From contig JBHIBG010000001.1 in assembly GCA_046758965.1 (NCBI GenBank), positions 44,381 through 108,380 of the forward strand: DNA of 64,000 bases, in the 5' to 3' direction. Shown piece after piece: positions 17,490 through 26,634 of the stretch; the first letter of the stretch is position 1, and each line of letters starts with the position of its first letter. The translations under genes and the position numbers were made by a program. Under the pieces are notes generated by a model, which was not told the DNA's origin, ran no database searches, and was given only the letters and a program-made list of their open reading frames with translations. The DNA comes from Candidatus Methylomirabilia bacterium (GTDB lineage: Bacteria > Methylomirabilota > Methylomirabilia > Rokubacteriales > CSP1-6).

Positions 17490-18567
17490 GGTCAGGCCCG
17501 AGTATAGCCCCTCCCACCGCGGTAGACAACTCAGAGAGTTGAGATCGGGGGATCGGCCGAGCAAGACGATCGCCGCCCTCGTGGTGGCTTCGTGCTTGCT
17601 CTTTCCGCTCCCCGGTGTCGATGGAGGAGCGCTGGCTGGCCCCGGGACCGCTATCAGCGTGGAGGTGATCCCCATCGAGTTGGATCCCGAGGCTCCCGGC
17701 CGCGAGGAGCTCGGTGCTCTCCGCTTTCTCAGCGGGTTTGAGCTGCGCTCGGCGGATCCGCGCTTCGGCGGGCTGTCAGGGCTGGAGTTGAGCGTCCAAG
17801 GCGATTCACTTTACGCGGTGTCTGACCACGGCTACTGGCTCTCGGCGAGGCTGCGCCACGATGCGACAGGCCGGCTGACGGGCCTCAGTGCGTGGGAGAT
17901 CGCTCCCCTGCTGGCACCCGCCGGAGGCCCGCTTGTGAGTCGCCGGCTCCGCGACGCTGAGGCGCTGGTGCGGGACAGGGACGGCTCCTTCGTCGTCGCC
18001 TTCGAGCGCGCGCATCGTCTTTGGCGGTATCCGCCGGCCCCGGCCGCTCTCACCTCTCCGCCGCACTCCGTTGCCACTCCTGATGAGCTTGCGGGGGCGC
18101 CTGCCAATGGCGGAGTGGAGGCCGTGACGGTCCTCCGCGACGGGCGCCTTCTGGCGCTCACAGAAAAGTACGAGAACCCGGATGGAAGCCTGAAAGGCTG
18201 GCTCATCGAGAACGGCCGTTTTGCGTCCCTCTCGTACCTGCCCTCCGAAGGCTTCAGGCCGACCGACCTCGCGGCCCTGGCAAGCGGTGACGTGTTGCTG
18301 CTGGAGCGGCGCTATAGTCTGGTGGGCGGTCCTGCCGCACGCATCCGGCGGCTTCCGCGAGCCAGCCTGCGGGCCGGGACACAGCTCGGGGGCCCGGAGA
18401 TCGCTCGGCTCGAGCTGCCGCTGGCGGTCGACAACTTTGAAGGGCTCGCGGTGCGAGAGGATCCTGAGGGGGGCACGCTTCTGTACCTGATTTCCGATGA
18501 CAATTACGAATCGTATCAGCGGACGCTGCTCCTGCAGTTCCGCCTGGGCGCGAGAGGTGAAAACTGA
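17488..18567 (+). CDS. Esterase-like activity of phytase family protein (secreted beta-propeller), start uncertain
   Basis: FGGLSGL, AVSDHG, DAEAL, FERAHR, NGGVEA, DNFEGL, ISDDN..QRTLLLQF. Confidence 0.8.
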   Translation: MVRPEYSPSHRGRQLRELRSGDRPSKTIAALVVASCLLFPLPGVDGGALAGPGTAISVEVIPIELDPEAPGREELGALRFLSGFELRSADPRFGGLSGLELSVQGDSLYAVSDHGYWLSARLRHDATGRLTGLSAWEIAPLLAPAGGPLVSRRLRDAEALVRDRDGSFVVAFERAHRLWRYPPAPAALTSPPHSVATPDELAGAPANGGVEAVTVLRDGRLLALTEKYENPDGSLKGWLIENGRFASLSYLPSEGFRPTDLAALASGDVLLLERRYSLVGGPAARIRRLPRASLRAGTQLGGPEIARLELPLAVDNFEGLAVREDPEGGTLLYLISDDNYESYQRTLLLQFRLGARGEN

Positions 18568-18678
18568 AACACGCCGGGAGAGGCCTGAAACTGGTGGTGG
18601 GACCTGCCGCACGAATGTGGTGACCAGCGGGAAGCGGAGCTGATACCATATCCAAAGCATGTGACCTGAAGGCCGACA

Positions 18679-19065
18679 GTGACCCAAACCTCACCGTCCA
18701 GGCTCAAAGTGCTCCTGATTGAGGACGATGCCGTGGTCCGCCAGGTGGTGGCTGACCTGCTCGGCATCCTGGGACATACGGTGCTCCAGGCCGCGGGGGG
18801 GCCAGAGGGCCTGGCGCGACTGGAGGCGGGGGAGTCCGTGGACCTGGTGCTCACGGACCTCAGAATGCCGGAGATGAGCGGGTGGGACGTGGTCAAGGCG
18901 ATCAAACTCCGGTGGTCGCAGCTCCCCATCGGCCTCATAACCGGGACTCCAGAAGCTCTGGCGCAAGGGCGGGAACTGGTTGACCTCGTGATCGGTAAGC
19001 CCGTGACGCTGGCTCGGCTTCGAGAGGCGATTAGCGGGGTTCGTCCGGTGGTTCCGCCAACCTAG
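18679..19065 (+). CDS. Single-domain response regulator (receiver)
   Basis: IEDD, LTDLRMPEMSG, ITG, GKPV. Confidence 0.88.
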   Translation: MTQTSPSRLKVLLIEDDAVVRQVVADLLGILGHTVLQAAGGPEGLARLEAGESVDLVLTDLRMPEMSGWDVVKAIKLRWSQLPIGLITGTPEALAQGRELVDLVIGKPVTLARLREAISGVRPVVPPT

Positions 19066-19074
19066 CAGCTCTGG

Positions 19075-19500
19075 CTAATTCGGTGGGTCTCCTGCAGCTG
19101 CCCCCCGGGGTGTCTTCGGTGGACCCACACCGGCCCCGACCAGAGCGTCCAGGATTCGGTCTAGCTCTACCGGCTTTGCGAAGGTCGCGGCCACCTCGAA
19201 CACTCCAGCCTCCTCAAGCATTTCCAGGGCATTCAACACTCCGCTGATAACGATGACCACGATGTTGGGGTTGAGCCTCCTGATCTGCTCCAGCGTCGCA
19301 ACGCCGCCGAGGCCGGGATGCAACAGGTCGAGGATGACTGCGTTGGGGGCTTCCTGCGCGATCTGCAAGAGCGCCTCCGTCCCATTCGTCGCCGTGCGCA
19401 CGTCGAATCCACGTTCGGTGAAATACTCTTTCTGGATCTTGAGGAACTCCAGCTCGTCATCGACACACAGGATCGTTGGGATTCGGCTAGGATCTGTCAT
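19075..19500 (-). CDS. Response regulator receiver protein, possibly C-terminally truncated
   Basis: CVDDE, ILDLLHPGLGG, VISG, AKPV, then a short Pro-rich tail. Confidence 0.85.
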   Translation of the reverse strand: MTDPSRIPTILCVDDELEFLKIQKEYFTERGFDVRTATNGTEALLQIAQEAPNAVILDLLHPGLGGVATLEQIRRLNPNIVVIVISGVLNALEMLEEAGVFEVAATFAKPVELDRILDALVGAGVGPPKTPRGAAAGDPPN

Positions 19501-19725
19501 CTAACCAGCCTTAAAATCTAAGGTTTTTGAAAGCACGTCAAGCTTTTCCTGAGGTACCCTGCCTCCCCTCTGGGCGCGAGGGTAAGAGTTGTGAGACCCG
19601 GCAGGAGTCTAGGCGGCGCCGAAGGAGGTGTCAAGGGGGCGCATCAACTCCAACATTTCGGTGACGGAAGGCGAGGGCGTAAATCAACAGTCGCGGTTCC
19701 CGATCTAAGCGACGAGGAGGGCCCC

Positions 19726-19827
19726 GTGACGCGAGCCGGCCTTCGGAAGTGTGCCGCCATCCAATGGGAGCGGTATGAGCGAGCCACCCGGGCCGAGAAA
19801 CATCGCCTGCTCGATGAGGTGGTCTAG
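19726..19827 (+). mobile_element. 5' remnant of an ISNCY-like transposase
   Basis: RBS GAGGAGG, then MTRAGLRKCAAIQWERYERATRAEKHRLLDEVV*, like the RY..A.R.EK..ILDE N-terminus of this transposase group. Confidence 0.5.
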
Positions 19828-19943
19828 CTCCTTCCTTGGGCGGCATCGGACGGCGCTTGCCGTGGCAGCGCCTGGCAGCTATCCTTGGCACTGAGATCAG
19901 ACGCGCGGCTTCCGAACGCAGGCCGGCGGGGAGGTTCTTGGCG

Positions 19944-21008
19944 ATGGTTCGATATGTTGAGTTCACGCTGGCCGCCATACAGGCGGCTCCCGTCTTCTTC
20001 GATCGAGAGGCGTCCACGGAGAAGGCCTGCCAGCTCATCGAGGAAGCCGCGCGACACGGCGCGACGCTCGCGGCCTTTGGCGAGACATGGCTCCCTGGCT
20101 ACCCCTTCTTCGCCTTCTCGCCCCCGGGCCCGCTCTGGTGGCGGGCCGCGGCGGAGTACCTCGCCACCGCGGTTGAGATCCCGAGCCCGACCACGGACCG
20201 GCTCTGCGCCGCCGCGCGCCGGGCCGGGATCGATGTGGTGATCGGCGTGGTGGAGCTTGACCCTCGCACCCGTGGCACCGTCTACTGCACCCTGCTCTTC
20301 ATCAGCCGTGAGGGGGCAATCCTCGGGCGCCACCGCAAGCTCAAGCCCACTCACGCCGAACGCGCCATCTGGGGCGAGGGCGACGCGCTCGGGCTCAAGA
20401 TCTACGAGCGCCCCTACGGGCGGATCAGCGGGCTGTGCTGCTGGGAGCACAACATGGTCCTTCCCGGCTATGCGCTGATGGCCCAGGGAACCCAGATCCA
20501 CGTGGCGGCATGGCCTGGCCGCGAGCCCTCCCAGGCGCCGGCGGCGCCTGTCTCCCTCTGGCCGCGGCAGCTTCTCCTGTCGCGAACCTTCGCCTCCCAA
20601 GCCGCGTGCTACGTGGTGCTCGCGGCGGGCGTGCGCCTCCCTGACGATACGCCCGAGCGCTACCGAGAACTCGCGACGTTCTATCACACCGGCGACAGCT
20701 ATATCATCGATCCGCGGGGGGAAATCATGGCGGGCCCCGCCCAGGGCGAGACCATTCTCACCGCCCGCGGCTCGCTCGAGGCGGTGCTGGCGGCGAAGGC
20801 CGGCTGCGACGTGGGCGGGCACTATTCCCGTCCCGACATCTTCCAGCTCCATGTTAGCGGTCGCCCGCTCGAGCGTGTCGTTGGCCTGGGCCCCCAGGAC
20901 TCGGGTGCCCCTTCGGCCACGGGAAGCTTGATCGTTGCGTCGGACGGCAGACCCGTTGTCCCTGAAGTGGAGCCCGCGCAAGGCGGGCAGGGCACCTCCG
21001 GCTCGTAA
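19944..21008 (+). CDS. Nitrilase (carbon-nitrogen hydrolase)
   Basis: Glu-Lys-Cys triad: FGETWLPGY, HRKLKPT..ER, LCCWEHN; GHYSRPDIF; RBS GGGAGG. Confidence 0.92.
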   Translation: MVRYVEFTLAAIQAAPVFFDREASTEKACQLIEEAARHGATLAAFGETWLPGYPFFAFSPPGPLWWRAAAEYLATAVEIPSPTTDRLCAAARRAGIDVVIGVVELDPRTRGTVYCTLLFISREGAILGRHRKLKPTHAERAIWGEGDALGLKIYERPYGRISGLCCWEHNMVLPGYALMAQGTQIHVAAWPGREPSQAPAAPVSLWPRQLLLSRTFASQAACYVVLAAGVRLPDDTPERYRELATFYHTGDSYIIDPRGEIMAGPAQGETILTARGSLEAVLAAKAGCDVGGHYSRPDIFQLHVSGRPLERVVGLGPQDSGAPSATGSLIVASDGRPVVPEVEPAQGGQGTSGS

Positions 21009-21306
21009 CAAACTCTCCGAGTCCGCGCTACCGGCAGGAATGCGGGCAGCTCCACCCGCGAGTCCGCGGCGTCGTCTCGCCGTTGCCGGAACGTTTCTTT
21101 TTGAAGCCGAACATATTGGAACACCACCGCGGGGGATCGAGAACCTGCCTTCTGGACAGAAGCTAAGGCCCTTGCAGATCAGGGAGCTAGCCCGGCGACT
21201 TGCATAATTGTCACGTCTGTGGACTACGTTTGACAGTTCTCCGGGCTTGCGCTGACGGCCCAATCTCTCAACCAGCTGTCCTCATTGTGTTTTTCCCGAT
21301 GGCACC

Positions 21307-22080
21307 ATGTTTGCTGAGTCACATGGCTATCGGAGACAGGGGATGGGCGGAGAAGAGACGGAGGCAGGCGAAACTCAACAGCAAGCGATCGAGCGGCAGC
21401 CGACAGATCCCGGCAGCGACGAAGCCGAATTGGTGGAGTCCCCTCTCCGTCGCATCTTTAAGAAGGGGTCATTCCGCGCCCTCGGAGGCGGGCTTGCCAT
21501 CCTCGGGGTGGCGTTCGTTGCCCTGCCCTACCTAGTGGACTGGATGAGCTTCCCGGTGCCCCGAGGCCGAGCCTTGGAGAGTGCAGCATCGCTTCCATTG
21601 GAGCCGCCACCGGTTTCAGCAACTCCGCGGCCGCGTAAAGCTCCGCAGAAATCGGAGTCGGCGAATCCTCCTGCGGTGTCGCCTGCCAGGCGAATGGCGG
21701 AGCAACCCCGACCTCCAGCGCTTCCGCCTGCAACCACCAAAGCCGAGTCGCCTTCGGCTACTGCTGTGGTAACAGTCGCTGCCCAAGCGGAACGCCAGTC
21801 GCAAGGGTCCGGGATGCGGAAAGTGGCTGGTCCGGTGCTCTCCGAGGGGAAGTTCTGGGTCCAACTGGGCGCGTTCAAGAGCTCAAGAAATGCGACCCAA
21901 CTAGCCGCCCAAATCCGTGCCGAACACTACCCAGTGGAGGTTCGCTGGGGAAAGTCGCCAGGGGCGCCTTACGTTGTGTGGGTCGGCAAGTACTCCAAGT
22001 GGGAGCGGGCCAAGCAGGTACGGGCGGCCCTGCAAAGGAAGGGATTCCGCGGCTTCATATTAAGAGACGAGAGGGGCTGA
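21307..22080 (+). CDS. Membrane-anchored SPOR domain protein
   Basis: TM helix, Pro/Ala linker, FWVQLGAFKS...YVVWVGKY...KGFRGFI. Confidence 0.85.
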   Translation: MFAESHGYRRQGMGGEETEAGETQQQAIERQPTDPGSDEAELVESPLRRIFKKGSFRALGGGLAILGVAFVALPYLVDWMSFPVPRGRALESAASLPLEPPPVSATPRPRKAPQKSESANPPAVSPARRMAEQPRPPALPPATTKAESPSATAVVTVAAQAERQSQGSGMRKVAGPVLSEGKFWVQLGAFKSSRNATQLAAQIRAEHYPVEVRWGKSPGAPYVVWVGKYSKWERAKQVRAALQRKGFRGFILRDERG

Positions 22081-22281
22081 CTTCGCCGGGGCACGGTGCC
22101 GGCTCCCCTTTGCCATTCCCTAGCCCCACCCTGTAGGTCTAGCTTCGGTCACCATCTCGTGACAGGACCAACAGCGGCAGCACCAAAGGGTGTCAAGCGG
22201 TGCTTGACCCCTAGTCGGTCCTGGGGCTAGCCTAGCAGCAGCGTTTCCCACCTTCGCGCCCCCGGTCAGTGGAGGCCCGGT

Positions 22282-25200
22282 ATGAACTGTCCCCGGTGCC
22301 AGGAGGAGAACCCCGCGCAGGCAAGATTCTGCATGACCTGTGGGGCCGGCCTTGCGCTGGCGTGCACCAAGTGCGGGACGGAGCTCCCGACTGGCGCGGC
22401 GTTCTGTTTCGCGTGCGGGCAACCCGCAACTGCCGCACCCACTGCTCGGCATTTCGCGTCTCCCGAGGGCTACACCCCGAAACACCTCGCCGAGAGGATC
22501 CTGACCTCCAGGAGCGGGCTGGAGGGCGAGCGCAAGCAGGTCACCGTGCTGTTCGCTGACCTGAAGGGATCCATGGAGCTGCTCGCCGACCGGGATCCGG
22601 AGGACGCGCGGAGGCTCCTCGACCCGGTGCTCGAGCGCATGATGGAGGCCGTCCACCGCTACGAGGGGACCGTGAACCAGGTCATGGGCGACGGGATCAT
22701 GGCGCTCTTCGGGGCCCCCCTGGCCCATGAGGATCATGCCGTGCGGGCGTGCTATGCGGCGCTCAGGATGCAGGAGAGCGTAGCCAGGTACGGGGACGAA
22801 GTTCAGCGGTCACAGGGCGTGCCAGTGACGATCCGAGTGGGGCTCAACTCCGGCGAGGTCGTCGTCCGATCTATCGGCAGCGATCTCCACATGGACTACA
22901 CGGCGGTGGGGCAGACGACCCACCTCGCAGGCCGGATGGAGCAGATGGCCAAGCCGGGCTCGATCCTCCTCACGGCAGATGCCCTGCGGTTGGCCGAAGG
23001 CTACGTCCAAGTGAAGCCACTCGGTCCAGTGCCGGTCAAAGGGCTGGAGGCCCCGATCGACGTATACGAAATCATCGGGGTCGGCCCGGTGCGGCGGCGA
23101 CTGGAGGCCGCCGTGGCTCGAGGGCTCACCCGCTTCGTCGGGCGCGACGCTGAACTCGACCAGCTCCGCAAGGCCCTGGAGCGGGCGGCTCAGGGCCACG
23201 GCCAGGTCGTCGGGGTCGTTGGAGAACCGGGCGTGGGCAAATCACGCCTGTTCTACGAATTCACGCATTCGCATCGAACGCACGGCTGGCTGGTCCTCGA
23301 AAGTGGCTCGGTCTCCTACGGCAAGGCCACCACCTATCTGCCGGTCATTGACGTCCTCAAGGCATACTTCCAGATCGAGACCCGCGATGATACCCGGAAG
23401 ATCCATGAGAAGGTCACCGGGAAGCTTCTCACGCTGGATCGGGCCTTGGAGCCGATGCTGCCAGCCTTCCTCTCCCTCCTGGACGTGCCCGTCGAGGACC
23501 CTCGCTGGCAGGACCTCGATCCCGCCCAACGCCGCCAGCGGACCCTGGATGCCGTCAAGCGCCTCCTGCTTCGGGAGAGCCAGGTCCAGCCGCTCTGCCT
23601 GGTCTTCGAGGACCTCCACTGGATTGATTCAGAGACCCAGGTGGTCCTAGACAGCCTGATCGAGAGCCTCCCGACCGCCCGTCTCCTGCTGCTGGTGAAC
23701 TATCGCCCCGAGTACCAGCACGGCTGGGGGAGCAAGACGTACTACACCCAGCTCCGCATTGACCCGCTGCCGCCAGAGAGCTGCGAGGAACTGCTTCAAG
23801 CCCTCCTCGGAGGCGATGCGAGTCTTCAGCCGTTCAGGCAGCTCCTGATCGAGCGCACCGAGGGGAACCCCTTCTTCCTGGAGGAGAGCGTCCGCACCCT
23901 GGTCGAGACCCAGGTCCTGGTCGGCGAGCGCGGGGCCTACCGCCTGGCGAGGCCCGTCCAGACGATTCAGGTGCCCGCCACGGTCCAAGCCGTCCTGGCG
24001 GCCCGGATCGACCGGCTGCCTCCCGAGGACAAGCGCCTCCTCCAGTCCGCCTCCGTCATCGGCGAGGATGTGCCCTTCGCCCTGCTCCAGGCCGTCGTGG
24101 AGATGCCAGAGGAGGAGCTGCGCCGCGCCCTGAGCCGCCTGCAGACGGTCGAGTTCCTCTACGAGACCAGCCTGTTCCCCGATCTCGAGTACACCTTCAA
24201 GCACGCGCTGACGTACCAGGTGGCGTACAACTCCCTCCTCCAGGAACGGAAAAAGGCGCTTCACGCGAAAGTTGTCGAGGCTATCGAGCGCCTCTATACA
24301 GACCGCCTGGCGGAGCACACCGAGGCCCTTGCCCGCCATGCCCTCCGTGGCGAGGTTTGGGAGAAGGCCGTGGATTACCTCCGCGAGGCGGGGGTGAAGG
24401 CGAACGCCAGGGGCGCGCTCCAGGAGTCCCTTGACCGGCTCGAGCAGGCGCTGGACGTCGTCCCACGACTTCCGACAACCCCCGTGAACCTTCGGCGGGC
24501 CATTGACGTGCGCCTGGACTTCCACGCGCCGCTCTTCGTGCTCGGCCAGATTCCCCGGCTCGTTCAGCTCCACCAGGAAGCCGAACAGCTCGCCCGTCAG
24601 CTCGACGATCAGCCCCGCCTCGGACGTGTCTCCTGGCGGATGGGCGGGTACTTGTGGGTGAACGCCCAATACGCTCCCGGAATCGAGTACGCCCAGCAGG
24701 CCCTCCGCGTCGCGGAAGCCATCCAGGACTCCGAGTTGCGGATCGTGGCCACCTATATCCTTGGGGTGATCCACTGGGGGCATGGGGAGTATCGCACGGC
24801 CAGTGACTTCCTGCTGCGCATCGTGGAAGGCCCGGACGCTGACCTGGCAAAACGGCGTCTTGGCCTTGCGTTTGGTTCCCCAAACGTCACCGGCGCGGGC
24901 TACCTTGGCGGCTGTCTTGCGGCGGTCGGTGACTTCGAGCGGGCTCTCCGGTACGGCGACTACGGGGTTCAAGGTGCCGATGCTGCCGATGACCCTCGAT
25001 CTCAGGCACACGCTTATACCTGGCGGGGATTCTCGCTCGGCTTGAAGGGCGAGTTTCGGCAGGCTCTACCCTGGCTCGAACGGGCGGTGCACCTGTGTGA
25101 GACGAGGGAGATACGTCTTTGGCTGCCCTGGGCCTATTCCACGTGGGGATGGGCCTTAGCCTGGTCGGGGCGAACTGCTGAGGGCCTCTCGTATCTGAAA

Positions 25201-25680
25201 CGGGCCGTCACGGTTCGGGAGAGCACGGAAGCGAAGTTTGGTTTGCCCACGTTCTATTCTCGGTGGGCCGAGGGACTCCTACTCGCGGAAAACATCCGGG
25301 AGGCCAAGCGTACTGCCGACAGGGCATTAGAGCTTGCTACGACCTTCGGCGAGCGGGGAATTGAGGCTGACACGCACCGTCTCCTGGGAGAAATTTCGGC
25401 GGCCGTGGACTCTCCAGACGTCGAATCCGCCCGCACTTACTACGACCGGGCTAAGGCGCTGGCCGACGACCTCGGCATGCGCCCCCTCCTCGCCCGCTGC
25501 CACCTCGGCCTCGGCAAGCTGTACCGCCGCACCGGGGATTGCCCGAAGGCTCAGGAGCACCTGAGCAGGGCCACCGCGCTCTTCCGCGAAATGGAGATGC
25601 GGTTCTGGCTGGAGCAGGCAGAGGCGGAGCTGAAGGCGGTGGCGTCTACAAGCACCAAGAAAGCGAGGAGGCGAACATGA
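22282..25680 (+). CDS. Double zinc ribbon plus class III nucleotide cyclase plus AAA ATPase plus TPR protein
   Basis: CPRC/CMTC/CTKC/CFAC; VLFADLKGS, MGDGIMALFG, RVGLNSG; Walker A GEPGVGKS; FEDLHW; TPR-rich C-terminus. Confidence 0.92.
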   Translation: MNCPRCQEENPAQARFCMTCGAGLALACTKCGTELPTGAAFCFACGQPATAAPTARHFASPEGYTPKHLAERILTSRSGLEGERKQVTVLFADLKGSMELLADRDPEDARRLLDPVLERMMEAVHRYEGTVNQVMGDGIMALFGAPLAHEDHAVRACYAALRMQESVARYGDEVQRSQGVPVTIRVGLNSGEVVVRSIGSDLHMDYTAVGQTTHLAGRMEQMAKPGSILLTADALRLAEGYVQVKPLGPVPVKGLEAPIDVYEIIGVGPVRRRLEAAVARGLTRFVGRDAELDQLRKALERAAQGHGQVVGVVGEPGVGKSRLFYEFTHSHRTHGWLVLESGSVSYGKATTYLPVIDVLKAYFQIETRDDTRKIHEKVTGKLLTLDRALEPMLPAFLSLLDVPVEDPRWQDLDPAQRRQRTLDAVKRLLLRESQVQPLCLVFEDLHWIDSETQVVLDSLIESLPTARLLLLVNYRPEYQHGWGSKTYYTQLRIDPLPPESCEELLQALLGGDASLQPFRQLLIERTEGNPFFLEESVRTLVETQVLVGERGAYRLARPVQTIQVPATVQAVLAARIDRLPPEDKRLLQSASVIGEDVPFALLQAVVEMPEEELRRALSRLQTVEFLYETSLFPDLEYTFKHALTYQVAYNSLLQERKKALHAKVVEAIERLYTDRLAEHTEALARHALRGEVWEKAVDYLREAGVKANARGALQESLDRLEQALDVVPRLPTTPVNLRRAIDVRLDFHAPLFVLGQIPRLVQLHQEAEQLARQLDDQPRLGRVSWRMGGYLWVNAQYAPGIEYAQQALRVAEAIQDSELRIVATYILGVIHWGHGEYRTASDFLLRIVEGPDADLAKRRLGLAFGSPNVTGAGYLGGCLAAVGDFERALRYGDYGVQGADAADDPRSQAHAYTWRGFSLGLKGEFRQALPWLERAVHLCETREIRLWLPWAYSTWGWALAWSGRTAEGLSYLKRAVTVRESTEAKFGLPTFYSRWAEGLLLAENIREAKRTADRALELATTFGERGIEADTHRLLGEISAAVDSPDVESARTYYDRAKALADDLGMRPLLARCHLGLGKLYRRTGDCPKAQEHLSRATALFREMEMRFWLEQAEAELKAVASTSTKKARRRT

Positions 25681-25727
25681 AGCTCCGAATAGCCACGCTC
25701 ATCCTCACCCTGGCCTTGGGGGCTTAG
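25677..25727 (+). pseudogene. Isolated signal-peptide remnant
   Basis: RBS GAGGAGG and ATG overlapping the upstream stop; MKLRIATLILTLALGA* stops after 16 codons. Confidence 0.35.
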
Positions 25728-25738
25728 AGGAGAAAAAC

Positions 25739-26275
25739 ATGGTAAGTCATTGGACGAGAGCTTGGAATCGGCTTCCATCGCTAAGGGTGATGGTTTGGCT
25801 TGTGACCGCATTACTGACGAGCGCCTGCGTGGTCGCGCCGTCCGGACCTCCGCCGCTCCGTGCCGAGATTCTGAAAGATGATTCGCGAGCGTTGCGGTAT
25901 GGAGCAGACGCGGGAGACGTGCTCGGCCACCCGCAGGTGCGCGAAAAGGTCCAGGCGCTCTTCGGTCCGGACTGGAGCCCGGAAGGCAGGCGGGAGCTGT
26001 CCGCGGCCGCTCCGGAGTTCTTCTCGAAGTCGTTTCCGATTCGGCTGCTCCGGATCAGGGCACAGGACTACATTGGGGCGGCGGGATGCCTCCCGAAAGC
26101 GTGTCTGACCCATCGCGGTCTCCTTCTCATCCGCGTGGACGGTGAGGAGCTCCTCGCGCGGCTCGACGCAGGTGGCTTCAGTCACTACTACGGCTTCGGG
26201 CTGATGGTTCGGATGCCCCAGGATCGCGCGCTCGTCGATGCCGCCTGGCGCGCGTTGGACCTTGCATCGCGCTAA
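25739..26275 (+). CDS. Hypothetical lipoprotein
   Basis: RBS AGAGGAG; hydrophobic stretch ending in lipobox LTSAC. Confidence 0.6.
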   Translation: MVSHWTRAWNRLPSLRVMVWLVTALLTSACVVAPSGPPPLRAEILKDDSRALRYGADAGDVLGHPQVREKVQALFGPDWSPEGRRELSAAAPEFFSKSFPIRLLRIRAQDYIGAAGCLPKACLTHRGLLLIRVDGEELLARLDAGGFSHYYGFGLMVRMPQDRALVDAAWRALDLASR

Positions 26276-26396
26276 GCAGACCAGTAGTGGCTCCCGGACG
26301 TGACCCGGCGGATTTCAAACCAGCCCGTAAGTAGACCTCTGCCCGAGTCGAGCCGAGACGGTTGGCCGAGATGTCCCCTAGTTCCGCGAAAGGGAA

Positions 26397-26473
26397 TGGT
26401 GCCCCCGGGGTGACTCGAACACCCGGCACGCAGTTTAGGAAACTGCTGCTCTATCCGTCTGAGCTACGGGGGC
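26397..26473 (-). tRNA. tRNA-Arg(CCT)
   Basis: GCCCCCG acceptor stem, anticodon arm GCAGT-TTCCTAA-ACTGC, GTTCGAG T-loop, encoded CCA, 77 nt. Confidence 0.97.
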
Positions 26474-26634
26474 AGAAGGAATTGTGACGCGGCCGCCGTC
26501 TATTTTAGCACTTTGTGCTCGTCGTCTGCTGAACTCCTCCAGAGGGCCTGAAAGCCTGTGGCGGCTGTCAGGGGATCTGCGACACCTCGACTTGCCGTGA
26601 AACGGGTGGTAGAAGCTTCCAGCCGGGTAGTGGG

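Noticed and set aside
17487-17490. Single CATG shared as start codon of two divergent genes
   Set aside because: The start of the phytase-like gene is uncertain and there is no RBS support; probably coincidence.
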